Origin: Leptogorgia sarmentosa | Lineage: Eukaryota | Direction of reading: 5' to 3' | DNA length: 64,000 nt | NCBI GenBank assembly: GCA_964658305.1 | Contig: OZ210884.1 | Span: 3,534,001-3,598,000 of the forward strand | Shown: piece by piece, positions 40,590 to 54,309 of the stretch | Layout: each line of letters opens with the position of its first letter | Numbering within the stretch: position 1 is the first letter of the stretch | Translations under genes and position numbers: made by a program | The notes under the pieces: model-generated | The model's input: the letters and a program-made list of their open reading frames with translations, nothing else | Told to the model about the DNA's origin: nothing | Database searches by the model: none

Positions 40590-41558
40590 CATATTGAATT
40601 GTTTTTGTTCATCCAATCGATGCCATTAAATTGTAGTAACCGTACTAGTTTAGGTTTGTAAAATATTTGAATACTGTCTGATCCGCGTATGTAACTCGAG
40701 TTTTTCTCAATATGCGTTTTCCTCAGTCCTTTTGAAATAGGCGATTTACAAAAATATTATGAATAATTTTCTAACAATTATTTTGCATAAATTTGCTTCG
40801 TTTTCACATTAAATTTCATCGTAATTATACTAGTTTCAATTTCAATGGATTTCTGTATGCAAGTATGAAGACTGGTGAGTTGCAGGAAATACTTCTAAAA
40901 AAATTCTGCTGTCTTTCACGTGAGCGAAATTTTGTTTTTTTTCTGCGCAAAACTGTTGAATAAGGCAATGTGATAGTGCGGAACTAGATAGTACACAAGT
41001 TATGAATTTTTATTTTTCTACCTATGTGTTTCTCTTGTTAAGTACATGTGCGCTCATAAGTTACTGATGATCATCTTGGCTCGTGACAATAGAATGAATA
41101 AATCTGAAAACTTAAGTGAAAAATTATATTTCAAAATTTGTGTGCCCAAAAAACTAAATTTGTGCATTTTTGTATTAACTCTTGTCGTATACAAATATCC
41201 ACATTGTAAATACTTTTCCATTTGTTTGTGTGACATTGAATACAAAAACTTTTCCGGCACTTTTTGTCAACCTTTCTAGAGCTTGGATCATTCGAAATGA
41301 GAATTAAAAAAGATGTCTAAGAATTTATGAGCGCATCTGTAGCTAATACTCGTTACTGCCAAATGCTTGTGTGACATGGCATGGTTCAAATGTAACAGCA
41401 AAATCTTCGAACATTTGCATATTTGTGTGTATTATTGTCTATACGTGTATTATATGTTTGGTTTCTTCTTTTGCCAAATGCAATCTCTTTTCCCGGACAC
41501 GATTCATTTCTTTCCTCTGAAATTGCCATTTTGTGACTATCGAATTTGAGTTGCGATC
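40590..41558 (-). repeat. Right arm B' of cassette 2 (interrupted by a MITE)
   Basis: TTTCCCGGACACGATTCAT...ATTGCCATTTTGTGACTATCGAATT(T)GAGTTGC is shared with 25993-26060. GTTTTCCTCAGT (~40717) matches the inner GAGGAAAAC landmark. Confidence 0.7.
41045..41339. mobile_element. Tc1/mariner-type MITE
   Basis: TA|CATGTGCGCTCATAA ... TTATGAGCGCATCTG|TA. Confidence 0.65.
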
Positions 41559-42616
41559 ACCAATTCTGAAAGAAACAAGCTGACCAGAAGCCGAGGTACC
41601 TCTTTTGGTAGCACTTGTCGGAGAAAGCAATGTGTGGTTTTAACCAAACATGAACCAATCGACTAGTGATGGTGGGGACGAAAAAAAGTGACACCTGAAA
41701 TTGTTTACTTTGACCTGGATTAGTGCTGACCAGTTCGGGAAATTGATTTGGATTTGCAAAAAAGAAGTATTAATACTTTATGCAAGCACAAGATACAAAA
41801 ATATTTGAAAAGGTGGACCTTGATGTTGGATCCCTGTATTAGCATAGATTACGAAAGCCAATGGAAAAACACTCTTGAAATGCTACGGGACCATTAAAAA
41901 AACTCCTTCCAAAAACTTTAGTAGAACTAAATCTAGACCTCATTGTTTGAAAGATGATGCTGTACTCTGTTCTCTGTAATAAAAATGTTTATTTCTGATT
42001 ATTATACTTGTTTTATTGTGATTAATCCAACTACGATGGAGAAAATGACAGGTGGTCGTATGACGAACATATAAAAAAAAGCAGAAAAATAAGCTGGCTA
42101 AACTAGAAAAAATGTCTAAATGCCCATTTCAATGACGAAACATGCTTTATTTGGCACAAAAAAACCTTAAAAAATATATTTGGTTTCTAACTCCTCTCAA
42201 TGAGTTCAAAGCCACCATTTCGAAAAAGTGATCACCCCAACCTACAGAAAGTCACTATCGTTTTAGGAATTTCGGGTAATTTGGGGTATTACCTTAATAC
42301 AACGTCGCATCAAAAATTCTAATAAAATTTGTTTGGATTACGATTCTGGTGAGGTCGAGAATTGGGATTATAATTAAATTAGTTGTTTTGGCAGAATATT
42401 CTAAATAGAAAGGATGCCAACGACCTTACATGCAGTTTAAGTGTATAGTAGAAAGTTTGTTCCTGGAAATTGATGATCAAATCAGTCGTATTGTATTGTA
42501 TATTGAATTCATCTAACAAGCATATATTGCTTTGAATAAGTATTGAGCCGGCAATCCAATAATGGCTTTTGATTCGATCTCATTTTCGTATATTCGACAC
42601 GTTTCTGTTAGGTATT

Positions 42617-42759
42617 AAGGCCGTTTTCCACTTCAAGCGTATCGTAACGTAACGGAGCATGTTCTTTTGTGTCGAAGTCATTAGATCCAATTCATTGCTC
42701 AGGAAATAATGACATACGCTACGTTACGTTACGATTCGGTTGAAGTGGAAACCAGCCTT
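42617..42759. mobile_element. PIF/Harbinger-like MITE
   Basis: TIRs AAGGCCGTTTTCCACTTCAA / TTGAAGTGGAAACCAGCCTT with internal CGTAA/TTACG repeats. Confidence 0.7.
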
Positions 42760-43673
42760 TATAGACTCGACGTACTTTGGAACTTTCAGATCACTATGAT
42801 ATTACAATACTAATTTGAATTTCAATGCTAGCCTTTTTTAGCCATACAACCCATATTGTATAGTGTCAATAGTTTATTCAGTTCAAGGTCAAACGCGAAA
42901 GAAAAAGTGGTTGTACAATTCTAACCAATTCTTTTTGCTGACATCAGGAGCTCTTAGGCAACTGTGACTCTTCACGAAGCATTCAAAGCTCAGGAGCTAT
43001 ATATATTTATTCTTCAACAACAATTTATTAATCAAAATTTGTTTTTGCAATTGTGTATAGCTCTCAGCAGGCCAAGCGAGAAGTATTTCCTGTCAAATAT
43101 TTTTCCCCCTTTGCTTATTTTTCCGAGTTGCCGAGCATTCTTCGAATTCATTATCCAAGAGACATTGGAGAAGGAACGTTCTTGCTCATCAATTACACGT
43201 CGTGAAATCCCCCATTCGCGCCCTTTTCTTTCAAAGGTAAGTGTTGTTATACCCTGTGTGAGGATATTTCTTAGTCAGATTGTCAGAATTAATTTTACCG
43301 TAATCATTGATAAGCATTTGATGTTCGATCACTTTAGCATAACCAATCGCTGCTTTCGCAAAACTTAACTTATATAATTCAGGGTAGCCTATGTCGAGAA
43401 GACTGATGAACTAATACATTTTCAGCAATCTACCAGATTTTAAAGGTTGAACAATTGATCCCCTATGTTCAGTTTGTTATACATGGTATTTGACATGCTT
43501 GACAGATAGTAGATGGTTTATTCAAGTGAGAAACTTAATTTTTTCCAACCACTGTGAGTCAACATAAACGTGTATAGTCGTGGTACACAATCATTCATTT
43601 TAATCCTTATTTTGAATTAGTGATTTTGATTTAGAATTAAAACTAAATAATCAAATCCGTTATTGACACTCTA

Positions 43674-44258
43674 CAGGGTGTATAAAAAGAAAAGGTAATG
43701 CAATTTTCGCGAACTTTAATTTAGCGTGTTGTTGTTAACCAGTCAGTGAGTGCATTTATTTAAATTCTTTACAGTCGTAATGTCTAAAGTTTGAATTTTA
43801 CCAGGCTATAAATGACTGCTACAAGTCCGGTCAAAACTGATCAAAATTGTGTATTCCAACAGTAGCCGAAAATAATTTATGCAAAAATGTGTATCTCAAT
43901 AAACCAGTTCGAAAGCTGTTTGAAACTCCTAGTTCGAAACTCCTAGTTCGAAACTCCTAGTTCGAAACAGCGCTGCTCCTTTCAGAATTTATTTACCTTC
44001 AATTTTTTGCTCCCAATTCCCAACTGTGGAGAAATGCAGTTTCGTTCGCCGATTTTCATTCGATTCGTATGAAGTCATTCATGCAAATCAGGGTAAGCTA
44101 TGGTTCAGTATACTGAAGAAAATTAATAATATATAATAATAATTAAGAAGCTAAAGGCTTGAATTTTATTGGTATGAAAAATTTAATTTTATCGTCAATC
44201 ATTGTATCTATAGCCTGCAATAAGACACCAAAGCTGCATTACCTTTTTATACACCCTG
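43674..44258. mobile_element. Tc1/mariner-type MITE
   Basis: TA|CAGGGTGTATAAAAA..GGTAATGCA ... TGCATTACCTTTTTATACACCCTG|TA. Confidence 0.85.
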
Positions 44259-45392
44259 TACAAATGCAAAAATATACATGATATTACATTATTTGCTGTT
44301 ACTCCAGTTTTATCCAATTTTCTAACAACCACACCACAGATTCGTTTCTTTACGGCACATAGGATTTTCAGGGAAATTTTTCAGCAAAGTAGTACTTATA
44401 GCCAAAGTGGATTTGGTTGGCATGTATAGTTGGCATATAATATCAATCTAAATTTCGACTTGGGCTAGTCATGTGTATCGTTTCTATCTCCTATTAAACG
44501 ACCCAGCATTTTCAAATTTTTAAATCCTCTTTTCTGCTTTGGAAAATGCATTGATTTAGGGAAACTTAGCTTTATTAATCAAAATTATATTTCAACTAAA
44601 TTGAACGAATTTTTGTAAGTAAATGACTGTCGTGAGCTGAGTGTGAAATTTCTGCGGCGAACTTCAAATCTTTTGCGCAGAAAAATATGCGACGGAAGCA
44701 GTTCTTTTCAAGCAACAAAAATGATCGTCAAAATATTGAGTTTCAATAGTGGAAATTATAGGGCCTGGCTGTTATCGCATAACATGGGTCGTATTAAATC
44801 AAATAAGGTAGGAATGCTGCATGCTGTGCTATTCCGTATGTTTATCAAAGCCTCCCATACAGTGAGTAATATAACTGTAAGATCAAGGACAGGAAATACT
44901 GATCATGATATACAAGAAATACAAGGTAATGTTTATGTAACCTGATTGAAATGGAATTCTTTTTCAAATAGTTATTATAATTCAACATTACGACCCTATC
45001 AGCCAAGCTTTGAAAATTAATTGTCAATCGTTGTCACAGCTGGAAAGATCATCCTATATTTAGCTCTGTTGAGTTTGATTTTAAAATATCTAAAAACGTG
45101 GAAAATGCAATCGTAGTTTGCCCCATTTGTATACTTTTACATTATGCGCGGAAAAGTGCGTTTCAACATTTCCGGAATTTTATGTAGCTAATAGGGAAAG
45201 GTCCATTGTATTTCTGCCAGATGCTCTACCGCCTCGATTGTTTTCCATTCTTTGCATTCCAGAATTCAAGTTTATTCCAGAAGGAACATTCAGGTTGAAC
45301 AAATACTCTCGAATTCCATATCTCGTGCGTTTCTCGGGAATCAATGCTGTTTATTTGTTTTAGGAGTCTACATTCCGTGACATTACAAAAAA

Positions 45393-47790
45393 ATGAGATT
45401 TGTTCTCTTGTTCCTTATTTCTACTGTCAACATCGTGAAGGTGTTTGGAGGTATGTCATATACAGGCCTACATTATAATGTATGTATGCTCGTGTGTGTT
45501 CAAAAGAAATTCTGGGAATGAGGAGATTTCAATCTCCTGAGATAACTAAGTGTGTAAATCAAAATCCCGTAAATTTTTTCTTCGTTATTTTGCTCTGTAC
45601 AAAGTTACTTTCATCACGGCGTAAAAATGAACTTCGCAAGCGACAAAGCACGTTTTTCATCATTTTTTCATCATTTTTTTGTCATTGTTGCTGGCTATCC
45701 CACCCATATTCTCCATGATAGTTGTACGGCAATGTGTAATTTTTAAAACTCTTATATTCACCCGTTCATGGACTGAATATCCCCTGGGACTCGGGCTTTT
45801 TTCACCAATCAATTCGCCAATGCACCGTATTCTGCATGCAAAAAACAGATTTTTGGTCGAAATAGCTGGGAATAAAGTATTATCGCGTGCATTTCTTTTC
45901 TTTTCGAATTCTACCAGGCGTAAATGATAGCTATTGGACCACCTGGCTTGACAGAGACAATCCTGGCGGCACTGGCGATTATGAATACTATATATTGTTT
46001 GTCAAGTATCATTTTGTAAGTGAAGTTTCAATTGTTATATATAACCAGTATTAAAGAAGCAAGGTTGGTAATAGGTAGTTACGGTTTTTATTTTCGTCGC
46101 TGATTAATATTATCTTTACAATTATTAAAACGGGATGAGAATGTATAAAATTACGGTCGATTTCAGGTCACCTTTCAATGCGCGGTTGCCAAAACTGAAA
46201 TTAGGGACATTTAGCATGGCGATAAACGACAACGACAACGTCACCCGGAAGTGAAGCCAAGTTGTCGGTAACGACGTGCGCATGTGTAGAACTTGAATTC
46301 TGCCGACTGCCGTCGGTTTGTTCGCGCCGACGTGAGATTGCTTGTTTTGGCGTTGTTTGAAAACGTGAGAATATATTTGCCTATTTTGTCTACAATTTTA
46401 AGTTTGTTGAAGTAAAGTGATAAATATAACACCCAGTACCTTTCATTAAGTTAGTGTAAGTGTCATTTTGGCAAAATGTTTGCTTTGGTTTTGTTTGTTA
46501 GTTCAAGTATGGCTGTCGAGTCACAGCGATATTTGACAGGATTTCCTGGAATCCTGAGAGAATCGCGAACACGAGGCAAATCATGCTTTAACACACGAAA
46601 CAGAGCTTTTCATTCGGCTTCTTCTACATGCATCTTCGAGCGAAAAATGAGTCAAAGGAGGAGAGGTGTCGTAGGAAAAATCAGGATTTGTTGACGTGAA
46701 ATGATCGTCGAAGGAGGCAAAATTCTGTTTCAGAGATGAATTTAATTTGCTACAGTACGAAAGTAAACAGTTTGTAACTCTTGAGAATTTCTAAACGAAG
46801 ACATTCCCACCAGGACTGAAAACCTCTAAACGAGATCGACGTTCGATTATTTTAAATGTTTCCAATACAGCCGTCTTCTGTGTTTGCTAAAATATTTGAT
46901 CTGGCGGCAACGAGTTGCGAGGCCTTTCGCGGTCTTTGCCGTCACCGTCACACAGAAAACGTCGCCTGCTAAAGGTCGTTATGGTTGCGTGAGATTCGGT
47001 GAGAAGTTGCAAAGCCAAATTGGCATGTTGGTGAATCAAGTATACTGACGTTCTCAACTAAAGTACTTAAGGACTCAACTGATTAAGCTTAGACAAAAGA
47101 GAGAGATTTCTTCGAGTAAAAGAATTCGCTAGTGCAAAACCGGCTTTAGTTCGGTATTTTTAATAATTTAGTTCACTACGTCTTTACGTTAGTTCAGCAT
47201 TTCAATACTTTAGTTGGGAACTTCAGTACTTAATTGACCGACATGTATGCCAACTAGTATGCTTTGAAGTGTGACCTGAAATCGACTGTAATCCTATAGC
47301 TTAGCAAGTAAACAAGAGTAGTATTTCTTTCAAAATTGAGCAATAAAATCTGAATAACGTTCATGAATAATATTGCGAATAATATATTCATTAAGAATTT
47401 AAAGTAGCTAAGTTATATTTGTCTGACTTCGTTTTGCTGCCCCTCGAACCAGTTTCTTGAAGTTGTTTTGTTTTGTCTTGCACATGGTTGGAGGAAGAAA
47501 AATCTCTGTCTCAAATTATAGATCAATTCCAACTCTTTTCCAGTCTTCAAAACAGAGAGATGTAGACGTGAAAATATTTTCTTCTAATTGCATTCTTTCT
47601 TTCTAGGCAACATGTAAAATTGGCTTTGAACCAGTTGATGCCAAATGTAGAGTTAGATTCACAAAAATACCTTGGCAAGACTCAGGTGATGTTATTAAGA
47701 CTGGCTGCAAAGCTGGCGGGATGTCTTGTGTGAACCAGTATCAGAACGGCAGTTACTGTAATGACTATGAAGTACAGTTTTTGTGTCGAG
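45393..47790 (+). CDS. Secreted WxxW-domain (Mucin-2/CILP type) protein, copy 1; exons 45393-45450, 45918-46015, 47607-47790; 3' end unresolved
   Basis: GT-AG introns of phase 1, 0, 1 give MRFVLLFLISTVNIVKVFG-GVNDSYWTTWLDRDNPGGTGDYEYYILFVKYHF-ATCKIGFEPVDAKCRVRFTKIPWQDSGDVIKTGCKAGGMSCVNQYQNGSYCNDYEVQFLCR. WTxWxDRDxPxxxGDxE...CxNxxQ...CxDYEVxFxC is the WxxW signature. Confidence 0.92.
46154..47288. mobile_element. Tc1/mariner-type MITE in intron 2 (orthologous copy 55122-55404; relatives at 48042-48402 and 56078-56432)
   Basis: TA|C(A/G)GTCGATTTCAGGTCAC ... GTGACCTGAAATCGACTG|TA. Confidence 0.85.
46203..46980. mobile_element. Harbinger-like non-autonomous element nested in the MITE; absent from copy 2
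   Basis: AGGGACATTTAGCA ... TGCTAAAGGTCGTT. The empty site AAAACTGAAATGTTGCGTGAGA is seen at ~55141. Confidence 0.75.
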
Positions 47791-50700
47791 GTAAGTGCAT
47801 TGTACCCGTTCTTTATTCGACGTGTTTCGTTAATGGAAACGCTTTGGTAATTCAACATGGAAACTCGCATAATTTTTATGTGACGTCTGCCGAATGCACA
47901 CACGAAAAAATCTCGCAGTGCTGAATAAACGAGCACAATTTGCACATATAGAAGCGTATACGCTTCTATATAGTGTTTTATAGCGTATACGCTTCTATAT
48001 AGTGTTACACTCATTGGTGTTCAGCACATGTAAACACATTACAGTTGATTTCAGGTCACTGTTCGAGGCGTGGTGCCCATATTTGTGTTGAATATCGCTA
48101 CGTTACCAAATTTATTATGTTGCGTGACAACTTGCAAACACAAATTGGGATTTTAGTGAATTAAGTACTGACTAAGTTCCCAACAATTACTTAATCAGTG
48201 CAAAACGACCTTTAGTTTGGTATTTCAGTAATATACTAGTTCGCTATAGCTACTTCAGTACTTTAGTTCAGTACTTCAGTACTTTAGTTGGGAACTTCAG
48301 TACTTAATTCACCAACATGCAAATTTGGCTTTGTAGTTTCTCGTGCAACATTTCAGATTTGGTAATGCATACATGCTTTGAAAATTGACCTGAGATCGAC
48401 TGTATAATTGTGTAGCACAAAAATGAACAAATCGAGTGGAACATTACATCTATGAATTGTGTTCTTACACCGAAGTAGTGGTGCGATAACCCTCCATGGT
48501 GTAAGACAAAATTTGATTAGTTTCAATACGGTAGATTTATAATCTGAAGATATAAACTACCTTATTTTCGATGTTGTGAATCATAACATCCAGTATGTTA
48601 TTAAACATAATTGCAATATCCTATAAAAGGAAAGACACAGTAATTGAATCAATACACCAGGAGTACTTCAATGATGTCTTTCCACCAAAGTGGGTGGAAA
48701 GCAAGTAATTTATAGGAAAATGATATTTTATATCGATAAAACGTTTGAAAAAAAACATCGATTCCTTACGTTCGAAAATATACGTAAATATTATATTTAT
48801 GCCCTCTATAAAAACTGTATAGTGTGCAACAAAACGCAGTGCTGCAATATTAAAGCACTCGTACATTAATACCCCTTGACGAAAGAACAAAGTAAATCAC
48901 TACCATTCATGTCGGTAGTATCAACTATAATATGATGTTATTTTGAATGAACATCTACTTGGTTTATACTCTGCATAGATTTTGTTTATCTCCAAGGTCC
49001 GTTTACTTAGCAACCTTTATGCTCTTTTGTTCGATGTAAAAGAGCGGATTGGTAACAAATGTCCTGACGGCATTCTTACTCACACAAACATTAACAACTG
49101 ATAGTTTACTGGTTCAATCGCGCGCTCAAAAATTACCCAGCGAGAAGTTTGAGCGGGTCTGGAAAATTTCTCGCCAATGAATTCGCAAGGTGGGTCATTT
49201 CCCAGTTATTTAAAACGCCCATAGTCAGTGCCTTTTTACATTTAAAACTTTCGGAGGTCCTTCTTCACGTTTAACTGTATATCTGATAAAGCATTCATCT
49301 TTTAATCAGGACTTGAAATATTGAAGAACAATCGCAAATCACCTATAAATAGCCCTGCGGGATTACTCTCATTGTCCCACGCTAACGCCCACGAGACGTT
49401 CTAGACCTACGTCTCCTAAATAAACAATGAAGGCTCGTTTCATTCGTCGAATTTTAGTCGCATCCAATGCAATTCAAACAATAAATAATGAATTTGGTCA
49501 TCTCATTATCCATTGCTTGAATTGCATTCGATGCGACCAAAATTCGACGTATGAAACGAGCCGAACTCTAATATCAGAAAAAAAAATGGAACAAGATCTT
49601 GAACTTGGCCCCCATCTTTGGAACCACTCCTGCGCCAACCATTGGAAGGTATGCCTAAAAAATGCACTACGTAACCTGTTAGCAACAGTCAGTAAACTCG
49701 AAACAATGAGACTGTAAATTGCTGCGCCGTATTGAACATTTTCATTCAAATTTTATTTTTACAAGAGCAAAAACAAAGATGGCGGAGAATATCAGATTTG
49801 AAGATCAAAGCATGCAAAATTATTACCACTGACTTGAATACATGGTACCCCTTGAATTTTTGCTGTAACTGCAAGTTGAGTGAGAACTATGAAGAAATTA
49901 GTAAAAGGTAAACTATTTAAAAATTGAAATTCACTTTTTGTTCGCTTTATATTTTTTTAAAAGTAATATTCCGAAATAAACTCTCCCCAACTGTTTTTTC
50001 TTAGTTTTTTTTTGCCCACGCGTCTCCGACCATAAGCTTTAAATTGGTTTCAGCTAGACATGCATTGATCTCGTTCCAGGTCCCTTACATGTACAGAACA
50101 AGAGGACGAGGCTGCCGTGATTAGGACTGCACAAAAATATGATTCAGGAAAGAGGAATTCTAGATCTTGTCATATGCAAGTATCTGTTATAATGAGATTG
50201 GATTCTAATAAACTATATTGAATGACTGAGTACTATTATCATATGTGTGGATAGTGGCAAACAGCAAACCATGAACAGTGTACAATGAACAATGCGTGTT
50301 TGACGAACAGAAAAATGTGCGTGGTATTTTAATAGTTTGAGTCGGCATGTGAGTGTGCCATCGTCAAGCATGAGGCTCCAGAATAAAACTGATTAAGTTT
50401 ATATTTGGAATTGTGTGCTCTACCTTACTATCTTAATAATACAGTATTGAGCTTCCCTTTGGCTACTTTGGATCATGCTGTCTGTTTTGTGTTTAAAAAT
50501 ACGTTCAAAGATGCAACAAAAAGAGCAGGTGTAACACTGGTGGAGAACGTGATCATCAGCAAGGTAAGCGGCGAAAAACTAGGATTACCGGAAAATTGAG
50601 ATATCCGTCAGGACAAATCAACAAAGCCAAGAGAAATGAACTGACTTCCTGATATCACAGGGGCAGAAACGAGACCAATTAGCAAAACTATTATCACAAA

Positions 50701-50798
50701 ATACCTTACAGGCCGGTGCGCCGTGAGTGCCATCACTCATCTTTTTTGCGATGGCGACAGGTGATCTCACAGAATTTCTAAACCACTTCGAATGCTAT

Positions 50799-51727
50799 CA
50801 AGGGCGTCAATCCTGGGGGGGGATGGGGGGACGCGTCCCCCCCCACTTTTTGAAGTGGGGGGGACGAATATCTAATTATCCCCCCCACTTTTTATCATGT
50901 TTGAAAAAATTGGTTTTTGGCAATCTTAAAACCCCATGCCTGTATGCTATACATCGTGAATTGTGAAGTACAATCAACAATCTAAGATCAGAAGAAAACT
51001 ATTCGGAGCCTTGGAATAGTTCTGCGAATGAAATCCTAATTGGAAAGGCAATAAACGGACCTCAGCCACGTACACACGTTCAAATTTGCTTTTGTTTTTA
51101 TTGATCATTTTATGGACAATTTATAATTGTTAAAGAAATCATTTCATTTGCGACTCAAATCTTTATTGTTTTATTAAAAATAATACGTATTCGAATAATA
51201 CACATTCGACACCGACAAAAAATTCTCATATAATTTAGGCAAGAAATTCGGCGGAATTATTTTAGCAAAAATCGTTCCCAGAACGCTGAAAATGGTATTT
51301 GTGCATGATCTTTCAAATTTCAAATTTTTTCGGGGAAGATTGCCCCCAGACCCTTCTAGAAAGGGGCACGTTTCATTACTATTTTACAACAGACAGACTT
51401 TTGTCTCCCCCCCCCCCACCATAGGCGTACGAGGCGGGGGGACAAGGGGGGCAACTGCCCCCCAAAAAATTCAAATAATGCCAACAATCCTCCAGTCGTT
51501 CACCTGAACGAGCGTACCAAGTAAGTGGAGTTAGGACTCTGAAATCGCTGTTTCCGGTAATCCAGAGGGTGTAAAAGCTCAAAAATTTCTCGCTCGGCGC
51601 CAACCATGGTGGCGCCTCGTGACATTCCCTACCCTTAACTTCGGTAAAGATCTTTCTGCCCCCTGAAAAAATGTAGCCCGTACGCTTATGGTCCCCCCCC
51701 ACTTTTTGGAAAGGATTGACGCCCTTG
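50799..51727. mobile_element. hAT-type MITE with 8-bp TSD, containing a nested MITE-like piece (51420-51690)
   Basis: Perfect 15-bp TIR CAAGGGCGTCAATCC/GGATTGACGCCCTTG and TSD AATGCTAT on both sides; empty site at ~58842. Confidence 0.95.
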
Positions 51728-54309
51728 AATGCTATGCTAATTTTTGTGGATGAAAATCTAAACAGCGTCTACAGGCCAATTATCCCTTTCCTTACAAGGT
51801 AATGCTGACTTAGTATGCTAGTCTAACATAATATCAAATAGTTTTGAGAGTGATGATGAATTATTTTAAGAAACGGGCATGCAGAAAGAACGTTAGCCTT
51901 TTGAACATCACTTTGGCTTTTGCGTCAAGAATTCCCATCAAGAAAGCAAAATAAAACTGAGTCCTTAGCTATCTATACAGCAGAAATTAGGCAGCTATAT
52001 AGCTATGCAACCGATTAGGCTCGAGTGTGAATGAGGCCATGCATTATTTTTTCAGGAACTTCATCCTGATTCAAAAGGCTATGAAATATTAGGACAGCCG
52101 AATTAAAACTCTGGTAGAAGCAGGAAGTCTGGCCCATCTTAAAGAAGCTGTTTCAGCAAGTAATCATCAGTTGGCAAAGTATAAATTTGAATTTCAGCTT
52201 TGAGTTCAGATACACTAGCATGTAAGCGGCAAACATGACAGCTTGTAATGATTATTTGAAACCGAGATATTTGGTCATGCAGTAGCTAAATAATCACGCG
52301 ATCAATACCGTTCGCGCCATCCCAAACTTGTCCAATGGACGGCTCGTGCAAATAGCATAGCAAAATTAGTTCGAGAAGCGATACAGCGGCAAACATAATA
52401 CTTCATGCCAAAGTAAAGTCCTGGTGTGCTTTTAAACGTGTCGTGTAAACACTGCACATGGAACAAATTCAACTGTCACAAATTTCTAGGCGTAATTGTC
52501 ATGTCCGTCCCGTCATGCAACTTGAGCGTCAATACTCATCTGAGTACAATTCGTATGTATATATATTTGTCCTGGCATGAAAACTTCCTGCTGTGCATCT
52601 ATACGTCGCCTGAAAATTAAATCGACAAGGAACGCTCTTGTTCATTCTATAGAAATCTTGGATTCTGTGATTCACGCTGTTTCCTCAAATGTAAGTGCTA
52701 TGTATATATATATATATATATGAGTCGGCTCATTATGAGTCGTGTCCGATGCCTCACAAATTGTGGGACACCGATATAGATATATATACATGTCAAATAT
52801 CATGCCAAACAGACTGAAAATAATAAGTGCAGCAGTTCTAAAATCTGTTCGGCTGTTTGGAGCGAGAGTATACAGATTAACTATAGTATCTGTACATCAT
52901 TCGTTTATATATTGACATGCATGACAAATTGTTGGTCGTTTATTTAAATTAGAGATATTTGGCGCATCCACAGAACATTAGGCTAGTAATTGAATATCGA
53001 AGAGTTCGGAAATTCTTGAACATATTACTTTTGGCCAATAGCGAATTGTCGTTTGAATTATTGACAAAATCTTGACTGCAGCAGTATCTCGTATTTACAT
53101 TTCAGAGTTTACAATTTAACTAGTGCAGGAAGTTGTTACGTTGCTATGCTTCAATCCCACTGGATACTCGTGACATTATGGTTTAATTTGATTTGCCTTT
53201 ACAAACCTGCTGACATGTACGTTCGTTAATCGCGGAGACAACGCATGTTCGCAGTATTGTTGTCGTTTATAAGACGAAACAAACTCTCAGAATGATCGTT
53301 CTTTCCGGAAGCCGTGATATACGATACCTTGAAATAGGGAAGTAAATAGAAGTGACAGGATGTTTTTTAGGCTGAATATGAATATTACCGATATTCTGTA
53401 GCTCCCGCAATTCCTCATTCCCTGCAATGATTCACAATACAAAAATAAATATCGCGCGGAGTTTCTACGATTTGTTTCCAGCGAGTAAATAGGCGAAAAC
53501 TTGGGCTTTCGATGAAGTGTTTGCAGAGTTCACAAAAAAATATCAGACCTTGTTGGAAAGCTGGCATGATTTGTATTTGGGCTAGATCCTCATACTCACA
53601 CGAGCAAAACAAATTTATCAATAAAAAATTTCTTCTTTGTACGGGGCTTTATCGGCAAACCAATAAGACCATCCGCTTGTGTTGCAATGTTATGCTTAGC
53701 AAATAATTCCCAACTGGCGCGAAATTAAGCCAGTCAAATCTCAAATGACCGTGTTCTGCGTGCAATTTGAGGACGAGGAGAATTTTGATGACGAGGCGAA
53801 TTTTGAAGAGTGGGGGCGTTGCCATGGATACGTATCCTGGTTCATGAACGTTGCCGTTGGAGACGTGCCGGGGAGTGAGTTCCAGGAGCAGTCCATGCCA
53901 GCATGTCTAACTGGAGTGGTTAAGGCATGGGTTAGGGTCAGGTTAAGGATTGGGCTGGGACAGGGGTCCATTTAGGGATTAGGGTTTGAAATGGTTAAGG
54001 TCAGGTTCAGGGTTTGGGTTGGGGTTTGGTCAAGGGTGTATTTAAGGATTAGGGTTTGAAATGGTTAGGATTTTCGGAAGATTGTGAAATAAGGAAAATT
54101 TCAATGTATTTCTGTCAGATGGTTTACCGCCTCGATTGTATTGTCATTCTTCGAATTCCAGAATTCAAGTTTATTCCAGAAGGACATTCGGGTTGAATGA
54201 ATACTCTCGAATTCTATATCTCGTGCTTTTCTCGGGAATCAGTGGCTTCAGTGCTGTTTATTTTTTTTAGAGTTTTGCAATACCTGACATTATACAAGTT
54301 ATACAAAAA

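Noticed and set aside
53917..54070. Interstitial telomere
   Set aside because: The TTAGGG-like units are degenerate and embedded in a duplicated repeat element.
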